IMG/VR virus record: IMGVR_UViG_3300030376_001220
Span: 1-30,943 of that record
Source of the DNA: a virus
Lineage: Duplodnaviria; Caudoviricetes
Strand: one strand, 5' to 3'
DNA length: 30,943 nucleotides
Below the pieces are notes generated by a model. It saw only the letters and a list, made by a program, of their open reading frames with translations, was not told the DNA's origin and made no database searches. Position 1 is the stretch's first letter. Every line of letters starts with the position of its first letter. Position numbers and translations under genes: made by a program. Positions 16,529-26,300 of this stretch are shown here, piece after piece.

Positions 16529-16794
16529 TGAAAAAGGAAAAAGTCAATGCATCTATCGATAGTCGAAGCTACACTACTGAAGTTGAAGCTGATCTTAATA
16601 ATAAAGCCTATGCTCTTTTTGGTTCAGGGATTGGCAAGTTGTTCCTTCAATATTTGGAGAATCTCACAACGGGCAACATTCATGGGGCAGGCGTACCAAT
16701 CGAAAGTCTTGCTCACTTTGAAGGTCAGAGGTGGGTAGTTGCACTAATAAAACATAGAACAGAACTTGGGAGAAGAAATGGCGATACCAACTAA
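16528..16794 (+). CDS. Conserved post-portal protein (Bbp19-like)
   Basis: LFGSGIGKLFLQYL...LAHFEGQRWVV motif. Confidence 0.7.
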   Translation: MKKEKVNASIDSRSYTTEVEADLNNKAYALFGSGIGKLFLQYLENLTTGNIHGAGVPIESLAHFEGQRWVVALIKHRTELGRRNGDTN

Positions 16795-16930
16795 TCCAGC
16801 ACTATATGCAAAAGCCAAAGCTATTGTAAAAAAAAGAGTTGCTAAATGGCCATCGGCATATGCCTCAGGGCAGTTAGTTATTCAATATAAGAAAATGGGT
16901 GGTGGTTATAAAGGTGGCAAAAAGACATGA
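16778..16930 (+). CDS. Unannotated 50-aa basic protein (DUF5872-like N-half)
   Basis: MAIPTNPALYAKAK...WPSAYASGQLVIQYKKMGGGYKGGKKT; GGGAG RBS; ATGA-coupled to the next gene. Confidence 0.75.
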   Translation: MAIPTNPALYAKAKAIVKKRVAKWPSAYASGQLVIQYKKMGGGYKGGKKT

Positions 16931-17157
16931 GTCTTAAGAAGTGGTTTGGTGAAAAGTGGGTTGATATATCCACAAAGAAAGATGGTAAGCACCCAAAGTG
17001 TGGAAGAACTATGGGAGATGGTAGAAAATATCCCAAATGTGTACCATCATCTAAAGCTGCACGAATGACAGTAGCTGAAAAACGAAAAGCCACCACAAGA
17101 AAAAGGAAGACAAACCCTGAAGGTGGTGGTAAAAAACCAACTTATGCAAGGACGTAA
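16927..17157 (+). CDS. Small basic protein (DUF5872-like C-half)
   Basis: SLKKWFGEKWVDI..CGR..KYPKCVP. Confidence 0.75.
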   Translation: MSLKKWFGEKWVDISTKKDGKHPKCGRTMGDGRKYPKCVPSSKAARMTVAEKRKATTRKRKTNPEGGGKKPTYART

Positions 17158-17160
17158 CAA

Positions 17161-17430
17161 ATGGCAAAGACACCAGCATGGCAACGTAAAGAAGGGAAAA
17201 ACCCAAGTGGAGGACTCAATGCCAAAGGTAGAGCAAGTTTACGTCGTCAGGGGAAGAATATCAAACGTCCTGTTTCTGCGAAAGAAGCTAAGAAAAGCCC
17301 AAAAGCAGCTGCAAGACGTAAATCATTTTGTAAAAGAATGATGGGAATGAAAAAGAAATTGACTAGTAAGAAAACGGCTAATGATCCAAATAGTCGTATT
17401 AATAAAGCACTAAGAAAGTGGGACTGCTAA
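17161..17430 (+). CDS. Small basic protein (DUF6321-like)
   Basis: AWQRKEGKNPSGGLNAKGRAS...RRKSFCKRM...ALRKWDC. Confidence 0.75.
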   Translation: MAKTPAWQRKEGKNPSGGLNAKGRASLRRQGKNIKRPVSAKEAKKSPKAAARRKSFCKRMMGMKKKLTSKKTANDPNSRINKALRKWDC

Positions 17431-17443
17431 ATAAGGAGATAAT

Positions 17444-18229
17444 ATGTCTGATGAACAAACAACTCAAGAAAGCAATGAAAGCACCGATACAGAAGTCCAA
17501 AGCACCATTGCAAACGACACAGGTGAACAAAACGAAGTCGAACAAAAAGACTCAACAGAAAGACCTGAATGGCTTGATGCTAAGTTTGAAACACCTGAGC
17601 AGTTGGCAAACAGTTATAATCAACTACAGCAAAAGTTTCATAGCCGTCGTGATGAAATTAAAGCAGAGCTTGTGGACGAACTTAATGAAGAGGCTTCCAA
17701 AGAAGTTCCAGTAACACCAGCTGATTACAAGCTAGAGGTACAAGATGAAGAAGGTAATAATTTAGACGTACCTGAAGATGACACTATGTTAAATTGGTTT
17801 AGAGATAAGGCACATAATATGGCTTTATCACAAGATGAATTTAGTGATTTTGTTTCTGAGTATATGACAATGCAAGCACAAAGTGGGCCTGATTGGAATG
17901 TAGAATCAGAAACTCTTGGTGAACACGCTGACAGAAGACTGGAAAGAATAGATGCCTGGGCAAATTCAGTATTAGCTGAACCTGATTACAATACGTTTGC
18001 AAGTATTCCAGCATCAGCTGGTATGGTTAAGTTCTTTGAATCCATCATGGAATTGAATGGTCAGCCTAAGTTTAATATGACATCTACTACTGAGTTTCAA
18101 GAAGCAGTTACTAAAGAAGACTTACAAGCTGCACAAAGAGATGAAAAGTATTGGAAAAATGGTGGAGATCCAGTTCATATTGCAAAAGTAAGAGCTATGG
18201 CAGATCAACTAGCAAGGAAACGTGCATGA
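17444..18229 (+). CDS. Capsid scaffolding/assembly protein
   Basis: Acidic; RPEWLDAKF, LANSYNQLQQK motifs; lies between portal and capsid; TAAGGAG RBS. Confidence 0.85.
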   Translation: MSDEQTTQESNESTDTEVQSTIANDTGEQNEVEQKDSTERPEWLDAKFETPEQLANSYNQLQQKFHSRRDEIKAELVDELNEEASKEVPVTPADYKLEVQDEEGNNLDVPEDDTMLNWFRDKAHNMALSQDEFSDFVSEYMTMQAQSGPDWNVESETLGEHADRRLERIDAWANSVLAEPDYNTFASIPASAGMVKFFESIMELNGQPKFNMTSTTEFQEAVTKEDLQAAQRDEKYWKNGGDPVHIAKVRAMADQLARKRA

Positions 18230-18405
18230 GAACAATAAAAAAACCTAAGACTATGGGTGTAAACAAAGTTAGTCAAAAAAAATCTGTGAAAGAACTTGAG
18301 TTAGATTTACAGCAATTAATGGCAGAAGAACAACAAGGTGTTGGTGGTGTTGGCAATGCTGAAAGAATAAATGAATTAAAAAGAGCTATTCGTAAACTTA
18401 AGTAA
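18226..18405 (+). CDS. Small protein (59 aa) MRTIKKPKTMG...
   Basis: ATGA overlap with the scaffold stop (the track start at 18151 is unlikely). Confidence 0.65.
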   Translation: MRTIKKPKTMGVNKVSQKKSVKELELDLQQLMAEEQQGVGGVGNAERINELKRAIRKLK

Positions 18406-18414
18406 AAATTTAGT

Positions 18415-18428
18415 AATGTGAATAGTCA
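18415..18428 (+). promoter_or_regulatory. Late promoter box 3 (AATGTGAATAGTCA) upstream of the major capsid gene
   Basis: Intergenic copy of the conserved motif. Confidence 0.55.
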
Positions 18429-18456
18429 AAGATTTAATTTTCTGAAACATTGTAAT

Positions 18457-18539
18457 TACTAGAAGGCTCGTAGAACTACTTAGAGGCCCAATATTGGAAT
18501 AACTTCAAGGTAGTAGTGAAGCGAATAACCAGAATAGTA
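18457..18539 (+). promoter_or_regulatory. Structured 5' leader of the major capsid mRNA
   Basis: Nested stems TACTA/TAGTA, GG-C-TCG/CGA-ATAA-CC, ACTACT/GGTAGT, GAGG-C-CCAA/TTGG-AATAA-CTTC. Confidence 0.5.
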
Positions 18540-18567
18540 TAATTTTTAACTTATAACGGAGGCTATA

Positions 18568-19407
18568 ATGGCTGTTAATACCATAAGCACTTCCTTTATT
18601 GAGGAGTTTGAATCAGGGGTACACGTTGCGTACCAAAGAATGGGTTCAAAACTTAGGAATACTGTTCGAACTAGAAATGGTGTAAAGAACAAAACAACAT
18701 TCCAAAAAATCGGTAAAGGTTTTGCTACTACAAAAGCAAGGCATGGTAACGTCGCACCTATGAATCTTGCACACACTAACGTAAATGTAACAGTTGAGGA
18801 TTATTTTGCTGGAGAATGGGTCGATGATCTAGATCAGTTAAGAATAAACCACGACGAAATGCAAGTTGCACAACAATCAGGTGCATATGCTTTAGGTAGA
18901 AAGACAGATGACCTAATATTAGGTGCTATGACTGGAACATCTTCTGCACATGACGAAACTTCTAACGGCATAACTTTAACATGGGCTTTAGAGCTTATGG
19001 AAAAGTTTGGCAACAATAATGTCCCTGATGATGGTCAGAGATATGCTGTTGTTGGCTGGGAGCAGTGGTCGCAACTGATGGCTATTGATCAATTCTCAAG
19101 AGCAGAATATGTTGGTGAAGCAGATCTTCCTTTCCCTAATGGCGTAACTGCTAAAAGATGGTTAGGATTCATGTGGTTTGCACATGGTGGTCTTACTGAA
19201 CTAAACGGATCAGGTGCAGCTGGAACTACTCATAGAGAGTGTTTTGCTTACCATAGAGATGCCGTTGCTCATGCAATCGGTACGGATATAACTTCAAATA
19301 TGCAATATCACAACGATAAGGACAGCTACTTTGTATTAAATAAAATGCAACAGAACGCAGTCTTAATCGATGGTGAAGGTGTATTTGAAATGGAACTAAA
19401 GAAATAG
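18568..19407 (+). CDS. Major capsid protein
   Basis: FIEEFESGVHVAYQRMGSKLR, ALGRKTDD, WLGFMW motifs; GGAGG RBS; position after scaffold. Confidence 0.92.
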   Translation: MAVNTISTSFIEEFESGVHVAYQRMGSKLRNTVRTRNGVKNKTTFQKIGKGFATTKARHGNVAPMNLAHTNVNVTVEDYFAGEWVDDLDQLRINHDEMQVAQQSGAYALGRKTDDLILGAMTGTSSAHDETSNGITLTWALELMEKFGNNNVPDDGQRYAVVGWEQWSQLMAIDQFSRAEYVGEADLPFPNGVTAKRWLGFMWFAHGGLTELNGSGAAGTTHRECFAYHRDAVAHAIGTDITSNMQYHNDKDSYFVLNKMQQNAVLIDGEGVFEMELKK

Positions 19408-19416
19408 GAGGTAGAC

Positions 19417-19677
19417 ATGGCGTTAGTACAAGCAGACTTAAGTTTAGTTTCCTATGCTGGTAATGGGTTCCATATCTGGAATTACAAATCTACTGGTGAT
19501 GCTCTTAACACAATAGATGCTGCTGGATATTTCAATGCATTAGTCAACGAAATGAATGTTGGCGATGTTATATTCATCAATGCATCTAATGGTTTTGGTA
19601 TTACAACTGTGGTATCTAATGATGGATCAGCAATCGATACTGCTGATATTGTTAGCATGACCTCGGATAGTAGATAA
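19417..19677 (+). CDS. Probable capsid cement/decoration protein
   Basis: AGGAGGT RBS; TIDAAGYFN..VGDVIF motif; directly after the major capsid gene. Confidence 0.65.
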   Translation: MALVQADLSLVSYAGNGFHIWNYKSTGDALNTIDAAGYFNALVNEMNVGDVIFINASNGFGITTVVSNDGSAIDTADIVSMTSDSR

Positions 19678-19820
19678 TGGCTAAGAAACCAACAAAAACT
19701 AAGGAGGTGGCTGTAAAGGCCACTTCCTCTCATACTGTAGAAACCTCAAATGGTACAGTTTATACTGTTAGATTTGGGGATAAAGTTAAATTAGGGAGTA
19801 AAGTTGATGCCAAAAGCTAG
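19677..19820 (+). CDS. Unannotated 47-aa basic protein MAKKPTKTKEV...
   Basis: TAATG-coupled; fills the gap before the next gene. Confidence 0.55.
   Translation: MAKKPTKTKEVAVKATSSHTVETSNGTVYTVRFGDKVKLGSKVDAKS
19702..19728 (+). terminator. Hairpin after the capsid/cement genes (possible attenuating terminator or stability element)
   Basis: AGGAGGTGGC/GCCACTTCCT, 10-bp stem with one G-U; poor U-tract. Confidence 0.4.
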
Positions 19821-20016
19821 TGATGGAAAAAACTTTCCATATACAAAAGAGGGTCTTGTCCAACTTAAAGCATACAACGAAAGACTAAAGAAAAAGCCAA
19901 AGACAATGGGTAAAGAAAAGAATGGCAATGGTGAAAGTATGCTAACTGCCAATCAGAAGAAATTACCTGAAGATCTAAAGAAAAAAATAATTGCTAAGAA
20001 AAAGGAGTCAGCATAA
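19807..20016 (+). CDS. Small Lys-rich protein
   Basis: GGGAG RBS; GKNFPYTKEG, KKPKTMG, LTANQKKLPEDLKKKI. Confidence 0.7.
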   Translation: MPKASDGKNFPYTKEGLVQLKAYNERLKKKPKTMGKEKNGNGESMLTANQKKLPEDLKKKIIAKKKESA

Positions 20017-20057
20017 TGAAAAAAAAGGGTAAAGGCAAAGGTGGCAGAGGTTACTAA
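20016..20057 (+). CDS. 13-aa micro-peptide MKKKGKGKGGRGY
   Basis: AAGGAG RBS; TAATG coupling at both ends. Confidence 0.55.
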   Translation: MKKKGKGKGGRGY

Positions 20058-20311
20058 TGAAGTATTCTAATGATCCACAAACTTCTTATATGGAAAAAAA
20101 GAATACAATGAATTACTTCAGTAAGAAGAAAAATAAAAGTTTTGGTGAAATGTCTGCTCCTGAAAGAGTTGGTAATTTAATAGTAGGCGTAGCACATGGT
20201 TCTTTTTTAGAATTTCAAAAATCTAAGAATATTAGAACTATGGGAAAAAATTTATACAAAACTAGACCAAAGAAAAATAAAGTATTCTTTGATAAAGGTA
20301 AAGTATTCTAA
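20057..20311 (+). CDS. Small Lys-rich protein (84 aa)
   Basis: GAGGT RBS; coupled; abuts tail tubular A. Confidence 0.65.
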   Translation: MKYSNDPQTSYMEKKNTMNYFSKKKNKSFGEMSAPERVGNLIVGVAHGSFLEFQKSKNIRTMGKNLYKTRPKKNKVFFDKGKVF

Positions 20312-20941
20312 ATGCCACAAACAGCTAAGACGGATATTGAAGTAGCACAAAGAGCTATGGTTATGGTGGGAATGGAACCACTCTCATCATTTACCGAGGG
20401 TACTGATGAAGCCTTAGTTATGAATACAAGTTATGAAGATATAGTTGAAGATTGTTTGGCACAGAATAATTGGAACTTTGCTTCTGGTCAAAAAGTATTA
20501 TCAAGACAAGCTGATGCTCCAGTCGCAAGATGGTCGGCAGCTTATGTTCTACCTACAGAGCCTTCAGTTATACAAGTACAAACTGTCACAATAGCTGATG
20601 CAGTACAGCAATATGATATATATGAAAGATTTATATATCTTAATGCTAACGAAGATGATGAAGTAGTTTTAAACTACATATTTCGAGTTGATACACAGTT
20701 TTGGCCACCAGCATTTACTTTATGGGTTATATATCGCCTTGCATCTATTTTGGCTTTAGCAGTAACGAGAAAAGGTGATATAGCTAGATCATACAGTCAA
20801 TTAGCTGAAGTTCAGTTTAGAAGAGCTAAAGCTAGAGATGCACAGCAAGTAACTACACAACAAGTTGCTCTCAGCAGATTTCATAAAATAAGACTTGGAT
20901 CTGGTATTTATGCAAAGATCGAAGGAGAATCAACGAGTTGA
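20312..20941 (+). CDS. Tail tubular protein A / adaptor (T7 gp11-like)
   Basis: About 200 aa; WNFA, YVLP, WPPAF..YRLAS motifs; position. Confidence 0.85.
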   Translation: MPQTAKTDIEVAQRAMVMVGMEPLSSFTEGTDEALVMNTSYEDIVEDCLAQNNWNFASGQKVLSRQADAPVARWSAAYVLPTEPSVIQVQTVTIADAVQQYDIYERFIYLNANEDDEVVLNYIFRVDTQFWPPAFTLWVIYRLASILALAVTRKGDIARSYSQLAEVQFRRAKARDAQQVTTQQVALSRFHKIRLGSGIYAKIEGESTS

Positions 20942-20945
20942 ATGA

Positions 20946-22871
20946 ATGGCATTATTAAGACAGTTTACTACAAATTTTTCATCAGGGGAGTTATCCCCTC
21001 TTTTGTCATCTAGAGTCGATGCAGCTGCTTATGCAAATGGGGCTTTTAGGCTTCGTAACGTAAGGTTAAAGGCTCAGGGGGGTTGCACTAGGCGACCTGG
21101 GCTTAGATACCTTCAGACGCTTGCAAATGAGGCTTATCAGACGGAAGCATACGTATTTGATGAAAATGAAGCATATATATTACTATTTAGTAATACAAAA
21201 CTTAGAATTGTAGATATTTCAGATCCAACAACATTATTACAGACTATTACAGGTTGTCCTTGGCAAACATCACAAATTGGATCATTAGTTGTTTCGCAAA
21301 GTGGTGATACTATGTTTGTTACTCACCCTGATATGCCCATGCAACAAATAGAAAGAACAAGTGCCACAAACTTTACAAGAACGGCATTTGACTTTGATGT
21401 TTCATCAGGATTAAAATTCCAACCATATTTCAAGTTTGCAGCTGGTAGTGTGACTATTACACCTAGTGGAACAAGTGGATCTGTTACACTTACGGCAAGT
21501 GCTACTGCTTTTACCTCAGCATATAATGGACTTTATCTTAGATTAGTAGATGATGCACTTACAGTACGTCATGCTTTGATAACAGGTTATACAAGTGGAA
21601 CAGTTGTTACTGCTACTTTATCAGGAGCAATAGCGAATACCAATGCAATAACTACTTGGGCTGAACCAGTATTTAGTTCTGTCAGGGGTTTTGCTAGAGC
21701 AGTTACTTTACATGATCAACGATTAATATTTGGGGGGAGCAGAGATTTACCTAACTTCTTGTTTATGTCTAAGATTGCAGAATTTACAAACTTTGATGTA
21801 GGAACAGCACAAGATGATGAATCTATCCAAATACAAATCGCAGAAGCACAGGTGTCAGAGATTAAGGCTTTGCAATCATTTCGATTTCTTACAATCTTTA
21901 CTTCTGAGCAAGAACTCTTTGTGCCTACAAGTGAGAACAAACCTCTTACACCATCGACAATCACAGTTAAAAAACAAACTAGCTATGGATCAGGATCAGT
22001 TCAACCACAAGAGTTTGATGGTGCAATAGTATTTTTAACTAAATCCAAAGGTGCAATCAGAGAATTTATTTTTTCAGATATATCACAAGCCTATAACTCA
22101 GACTCAATTACTTTGTTATCGGAACATATTATAGGGACTCCATCGGCTATTGAGGCTCAAAGAGAATCAGCTGATCAGATGGAGGGATATCTTTACCTAT
22201 TAAATACAGATGGTCATATGCCAGTATTTATGTCTATTAGAAAAGAAAAGGTACAAGGCTGGGTTAGGTACGATACAACTGGTAATTTTAAAAACATAGT
22301 TAATGTAAATAGACAGATATATACAGTAGTCGAAAGAACAATAAATAGTTCTACAGTTACAACATTAGAATTGTTTTCCAATAGCTTTCATTTAGATATG
22401 GCATCACAGCAAACTGGTAGTGCTACCACAACATGGACTGTTTCACATTTACCCAACACAGAAGTCCAAGTGAAGTCAGGTAATTTTAGTTTAGGTACAT
22501 TTACTACAAATGGTAGTGGTCAACTTACACTTAATGATGCTGTAACATCAGTTGAAATAGGGCTTGGCTATACTCCTGAAATAACGACACTTCCTCCTGA
22601 AATGCAATTACCAGATGGTATAAGTGTTGGGCAAAAACGTAGGGTTGTTAGAGCAGTTCTAGATTTAGTATCTACTCTTAATGTGAAAGCTGGTGGTACT
22701 AGGATTCTGTTAAGATCTGTCACAGATGATTTTTCTTTAGATCCAACTGCTCTTACGCAACGTAAAGAAGTTTATTTGTTAGGTTGGTCAAAAGAGGGTA
22801 GAGTAACTGTAACACAAGAAGAGCCATTACCAATGACGTTGAATGGAATATTATTAGAGGTTGAAGTATAA
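20946..22871 (+). CDS. Tail tubular protein B / nozzle (T7 gp12-like)
   Basis: TNFSSGELSP, GGCTRRPG, QSGDTMFVTHP, QRLIFGG motifs. Confidence 0.9.
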   Translation: MALLRQFTTNFSSGELSPLLSSRVDAAAYANGAFRLRNVRLKAQGGCTRRPGLRYLQTLANEAYQTEAYVFDENEAYILLFSNTKLRIVDISDPTTLLQTITGCPWQTSQIGSLVVSQSGDTMFVTHPDMPMQQIERTSATNFTRTAFDFDVSSGLKFQPYFKFAAGSVTITPSGTSGSVTLTASATAFTSAYNGLYLRLVDDALTVRHALITGYTSGTVVTATLSGAIANTNAITTWAEPVFSSVRGFARAVTLHDQRLIFGGSRDLPNFLFMSKIAEFTNFDVGTAQDDESIQIQIAEAQVSEIKALQSFRFLTIFTSEQELFVPTSENKPLTPSTITVKKQTSYGSGSVQPQEFDGAIVFLTKSKGAIREFIFSDISQAYNSDSITLLSEHIIGTPSAIEAQRESADQMEGYLYLLNTDGHMPVFMSIRKEKVQGWVRYDTTGNFKNIVNVNRQIYTVVERTINSSTVTTLELFSNSFHLDMASQQTGSATTTWTVSHLPNTEVQVKSGNFSLGTFTTNGSGQLTLNDAVTSVEIGLGYTPEITTLPPEMQLPDGISVGQKRRVVRAVLDLVSTLNVKAGGTRILLRSVTDDFSLDPTALTQRKEVYLLGWSKEGRVTVTQEEPLPMTLNGILLEVEV

Positions 22872-23299
22872 TGGGTGCTGCTGGATATGCTATAAGTGCT
22901 GTAATGTCATTAGCTGCTGCAAGGCAAGCTCAAAAAGCCTATGCAAATGATGCACAAGCTGCAATGGAACAAGCTGAAGTTGCTAAGATACAAGCTGATC
23001 AAGAAGCAATCAATAGAACAGCACAATTAAATGCACAACTAGCTAGAATATCTGCAAGTCAATCAGGTGGTGGTGTATCTATAGGAACTAGTGGTAGTTT
23101 CCAAGCACTAAAGAAAAATGAAGTTAAATTAGCAAATGCTGATATATCTGCAATAAAGTTTATGGGTTTACAAAATAGACGTAAGTTTCAACTTGATGCC
23201 AAGTCTAAGAAACTTAAAGGTAAAGCAGCAGTTATAACAGGTGTATCAAATGCAGCTTCGGCTGGATCTAAAGCATACTATGCAAACAAGACTGGATAA
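22871..23299 (+). CDS. Internal virion protein (gp14-like ejection protein)
   Basis: Ala/Gln-rich helical protein, MG start, GGVSIGTSGS; position. Confidence 0.7.
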   Translation: MGAAGYAISAVMSLAAARQAQKAYANDAQAAMEQAEVAKIQADQEAINRTAQLNAQLARISASQSGGGVSIGTSGSFQALKKNEVKLANADISAIKFMGLQNRRKFQLDAKSKKLKGKAAVITGVSNAASAGSKAYYANKTG

Positions 23300-23304
23300 G
23301 CATA

Positions 23305-26300
23305 ATGGCAATTAAAAGAACAATTACACGACAATATGGTGTTAGACCAGTACAGATGGATACATCATCTGGAGCATTGGCTTTAGCACAGGCAAGTCAG
23401 AATGTAGCTAATACCATATCTAACGTGACTAAATTTGTTGATGATAATCAATTCCAAGAGGCAGTTCTAAAAGCTGAGATAGCTGGTAGACAAGTTGGAT
23501 CACAAACAATTCAAGATAAAAATGGTAATACTATACCTAAACCACTTGATCAAAATACATTAAATTCTTTTACTGCTGATATTTATAACAAAGCCAATAT
23601 TAGAAAAGCCCAGGAGTATTATAAAAAAGAAGCAATTAATAGCTATGGATTAGCATTACAGAATCATGCAGTTGCTGAAGCTGATATGGCATTAGCTAAA
23701 AATGGTGGCAAGATTAATGACAAAGGCAAGTTAATTGTTGATGACTTTAAAGATAAATATATAGATGGAATTAAAGGATCAATCGCACCACAAGTATTTG
23801 ATATTATTAGTCCAGCATTAAGTAAGATATGGGGTCAAGCATCTAGAAAAGCATCTGCTATACAAATAAAAGAAGTTAGAGAAACTCAATTGTTTGAAGC
23901 TACAAAATATTCTGAACAACTTTTAGCTATGGAAACTAACCTCATAACTAATGGCACAGCCGATGAGCAAGAATATGAGTTTATAGAAAGAGAAAAAGCA
24001 AGAGTATTCTCCATAATAGATGATAATGCATCGTCAAAACAAAAGTCAAAACAATTTCAGTTAGCATACAACCAATCTTTACAACAAAATGTTTCTTCTA
24101 ATGCAGTAGATCTAGCGTATGAAGCTGGTGTTTCTATACCTGATTTATTGGTTATGGCATTTGATACTGGTAAGACATTCGCAAATGATCCTAATATTGA
24201 TGGCATTAAGATACAAAAGGTTATGGAATCTAAAATTGCTTTCTATGACAAGCTAGATACAGAAAATAGAGAAAAAATGAGAATGGACTCATCAGATTTG
24301 TTTTCTACATTAGGATTAAAGATTCTTCTTAATGAAACTGTTTCTGAAAATGACATTTCTAAAATGCTTTTACCTGACCAATTAAGGTTTCAAAAATTAA
24401 GAGCAGCACAGTTAAAATTATCTACTACACAAGATGTAAAAGATTTTAATGATAATATTTCTAATAGATTATTAGCACTATCTTTTGGAGATATTAAACC
24501 AGCAAAGCCAACTGATGAAAATATTGAGGTTGATGGTATTGGTAGTTTCGATACACCAGCACAGTTAAAAAAACGTGCAATAGTAAATGAAATGAACGAA
24601 TTAGTTAGGCTAATTGGTCATAAAGATACAACAGTATCTGTACGAAGCAATATATACAAAACACTTCAAAAGGTTCATCAAGCTAATCTTGCAATGACAA
24701 AAGATGCTTTTAGAGCCAATATGGAAAAAATGTTTACAGGAAGTGGTGGTGTTGTAGCCCAAGATCCAAGCACACTTCTTAGTTTTGATTATATACAAGC
24801 ATTAAAGAGCAAAGGTTTTATCGGCCCTGATAAAAAAGTAAATGCTTATACAGAAGAAGATTGGGTAAAAAGAGTTTCTACTTATGCTAAAGATTGGCAA
24901 AAGGCTATTAAGAAAACACATATGCTATCACAAGTCGGATCTTTTATAAATAATGGTGTTGTTTTACCTAAAGAACATAAAGTTGCTTTAGAAGAAATAA
25001 TTGGCAAAACTATCAATGTTAATGGTCAAGTTATGCCACATGATATTTTTAGTGATAATGAAGATGTTAGAGAAAAAAGTATAGAATCTCTAACAAAACA
25101 CGCAATAGCATATAAATACATACCACAATATGCAAAAAATGTTTTTGAAAGTATACAAACATTAGAAGGTGATGCATTTAATCATGCTAAACGTCTTTAT
25201 GAATCAATAAAAAGTGCTTTTATGAAAGATACTCCAAGTAATGATTCTTTCTTTCAACAAATTGCTGGTGATAATGTGTCTGGTGTAAATATACAGATGA
25301 TGGAATCAGCAATGTTTTATAGAGATTCGAAAACATTTTTAAATGTTAATTCGCCAAAATCAGCTAACAGAAATCTTTCAGACATATATCCCAATAGTAC
25401 TTTATTTGGAGGCACAGCCAAGTCTGAAGCAGAAGTATTTGATCTAGCTGCCAAAGAAGTGTTTGATACTATAGATGATAATTGGTTTGTTAGATTTTTT
25501 AGTAATGGTGTAGGTGGTCAACCATATGAAAGTAAGGTTGTAGATAAATTCTTTGCCCAAAGTGGTGTAAATAATATGGAAGAGGCCATATTCAAAGAAC
25601 CACTTTTAAAATCAGAAATGATGAAATATGTAAAATACCAAATAGCACAAGGTTCAGTAACAGCTGATGAAAAGGGTTTAAAAGTAGCTATCAAACACGC
25701 ATTATATAAATTCTCTGGTAACATGAGTTTACAAGAAGATCGTAATGGTAAAATTTATCTGACAAGGGGTGTTGATATAGTTAAAGCATCACAATCAAAT
25801 GTCCCAGATGGTATGGGTTTTTTGGTTACTAAAGACATTATTAATGCAGATGTATTAAGTAAATATAAACAGACTTTTTCTGTCGAAGGTGCTGATCCAC
25901 AACTTAAAGAAGCTATTGAAAATGGTAAGTTTCTTTACATAAGCAATAATAACAGAGTAGGTAATCCCACTTATAGAGTTGTTGCTGAAACTGAAGATAG
26001 TCGAATGATAACAATAGCTGATGGATATTCTTTTAATTATGAAGGATCACAACTTCAATCAGACTATACAGAAGCAAAACAAAAAATATCTAATGGTGGT
26101 GTAAGATCTGTGTTTGGCTACTTCGATTTTATGTCACAGAATAATATTAAGGCAGTAATGGAATCTATTGATTCTAATAAAGATTACACTAAAGGTTTAG
26201 CAAGTTTATTTGCTGGTTATAATAATATGGCTAATACTCTTGGTTTAAAATCTATTTCATTACCTTCAGTAAGTAATTATCTTGCAAGTGATCTAGGTAA

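Noticed and set aside
19380-19420. T7-style programmed frameshift at the capsid C-terminus
   Set aside because: No convincing slippery heptamer; the next gene has its own strong AGGAGGT RBS
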